DNA from: Dimorphilus gyrociliatus
Lineage: Eukaryota; Animalia; Annelida
Direction of reading: 5' to 3'
Length of the DNA stretch: 64,000 bases
NCBI GenBank assembly: GCA_904063045.1
Contig: CAJFCJ010000029.1
Span: 1-64,000, forward strand
In this document: piece by piece, positions 63,998-64,000 of the stretch
Layout of the letters: each line of letters begins with the position of its first letter
Position numbering within the stretch: the first letter of the stretch is position 1
Position numbers and translations under genes: made by a program
Notes under the pieces: model-generated
Database searches by the model: none
What the model was told of the DNA's origin: nothing
The model's input: the letters and a program-made list of their open reading frames with translations, nothing else

Positions 63998-64000
63998 CTT

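Noticed and set aside
1-64000. tRNA, rRNA, snRNA, CRISPR arrays and transposons
   Set aside because: No T-loop/D-loop cloverleaf, no snRNA 5' signatures, no spacer-repeat arrays and no transposase or RT motifs or terminal repeats were seen by eye.

Overview
AT-rich, intron-dense eukaryotic DNA with mostly ~50-70 nt GT-AG introns and very short intergenic gaps. The gene set (NCOA4, ARMH2, CCDC166, CRIP) suggests a compact-genome invertebrate, plausibly a spiralian such as a meiofaunal annelid (inference only). Left arm (1-15 kb): MBOAT7, CCDC166-like, ARMH2-like, CRIP1, GALK1, NCOA4, a myristoylated EF-hand plus death-domain gene, an unknown gene and SNAP29. Centre (18.5-55.4 kb): one giant type I membrane cadherin of roughly 9,000-9,500 aa with about 85 EC repeats by hand count. 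Its ends are PCDH15/Cad99C/CDHR-like (DDLGPVF..C in EC2-3, a MAD12-like domain, a PDZ-binding C-terminus), but about 75 consecutive internal linkers replace DxNDN with R-[N/D]-x-x. It also carries two-repeat super-repeats, three candidate microexons, a furin site and a nested antisense membrane-protein ORF. Right arm: a short ORF with a p21-like PIP degron, two tandem RDH-like SDRs (one with an altered glycine-rich motif), an intronless ankyrin gene and a tetraspanin with a duplicated, mutually exclusive exon pair in its large extracellular loop. No rRNA, tRNA, CRISPR or clear transposon was found. All gene models and counts are manual and need RNA-seq confirmation.
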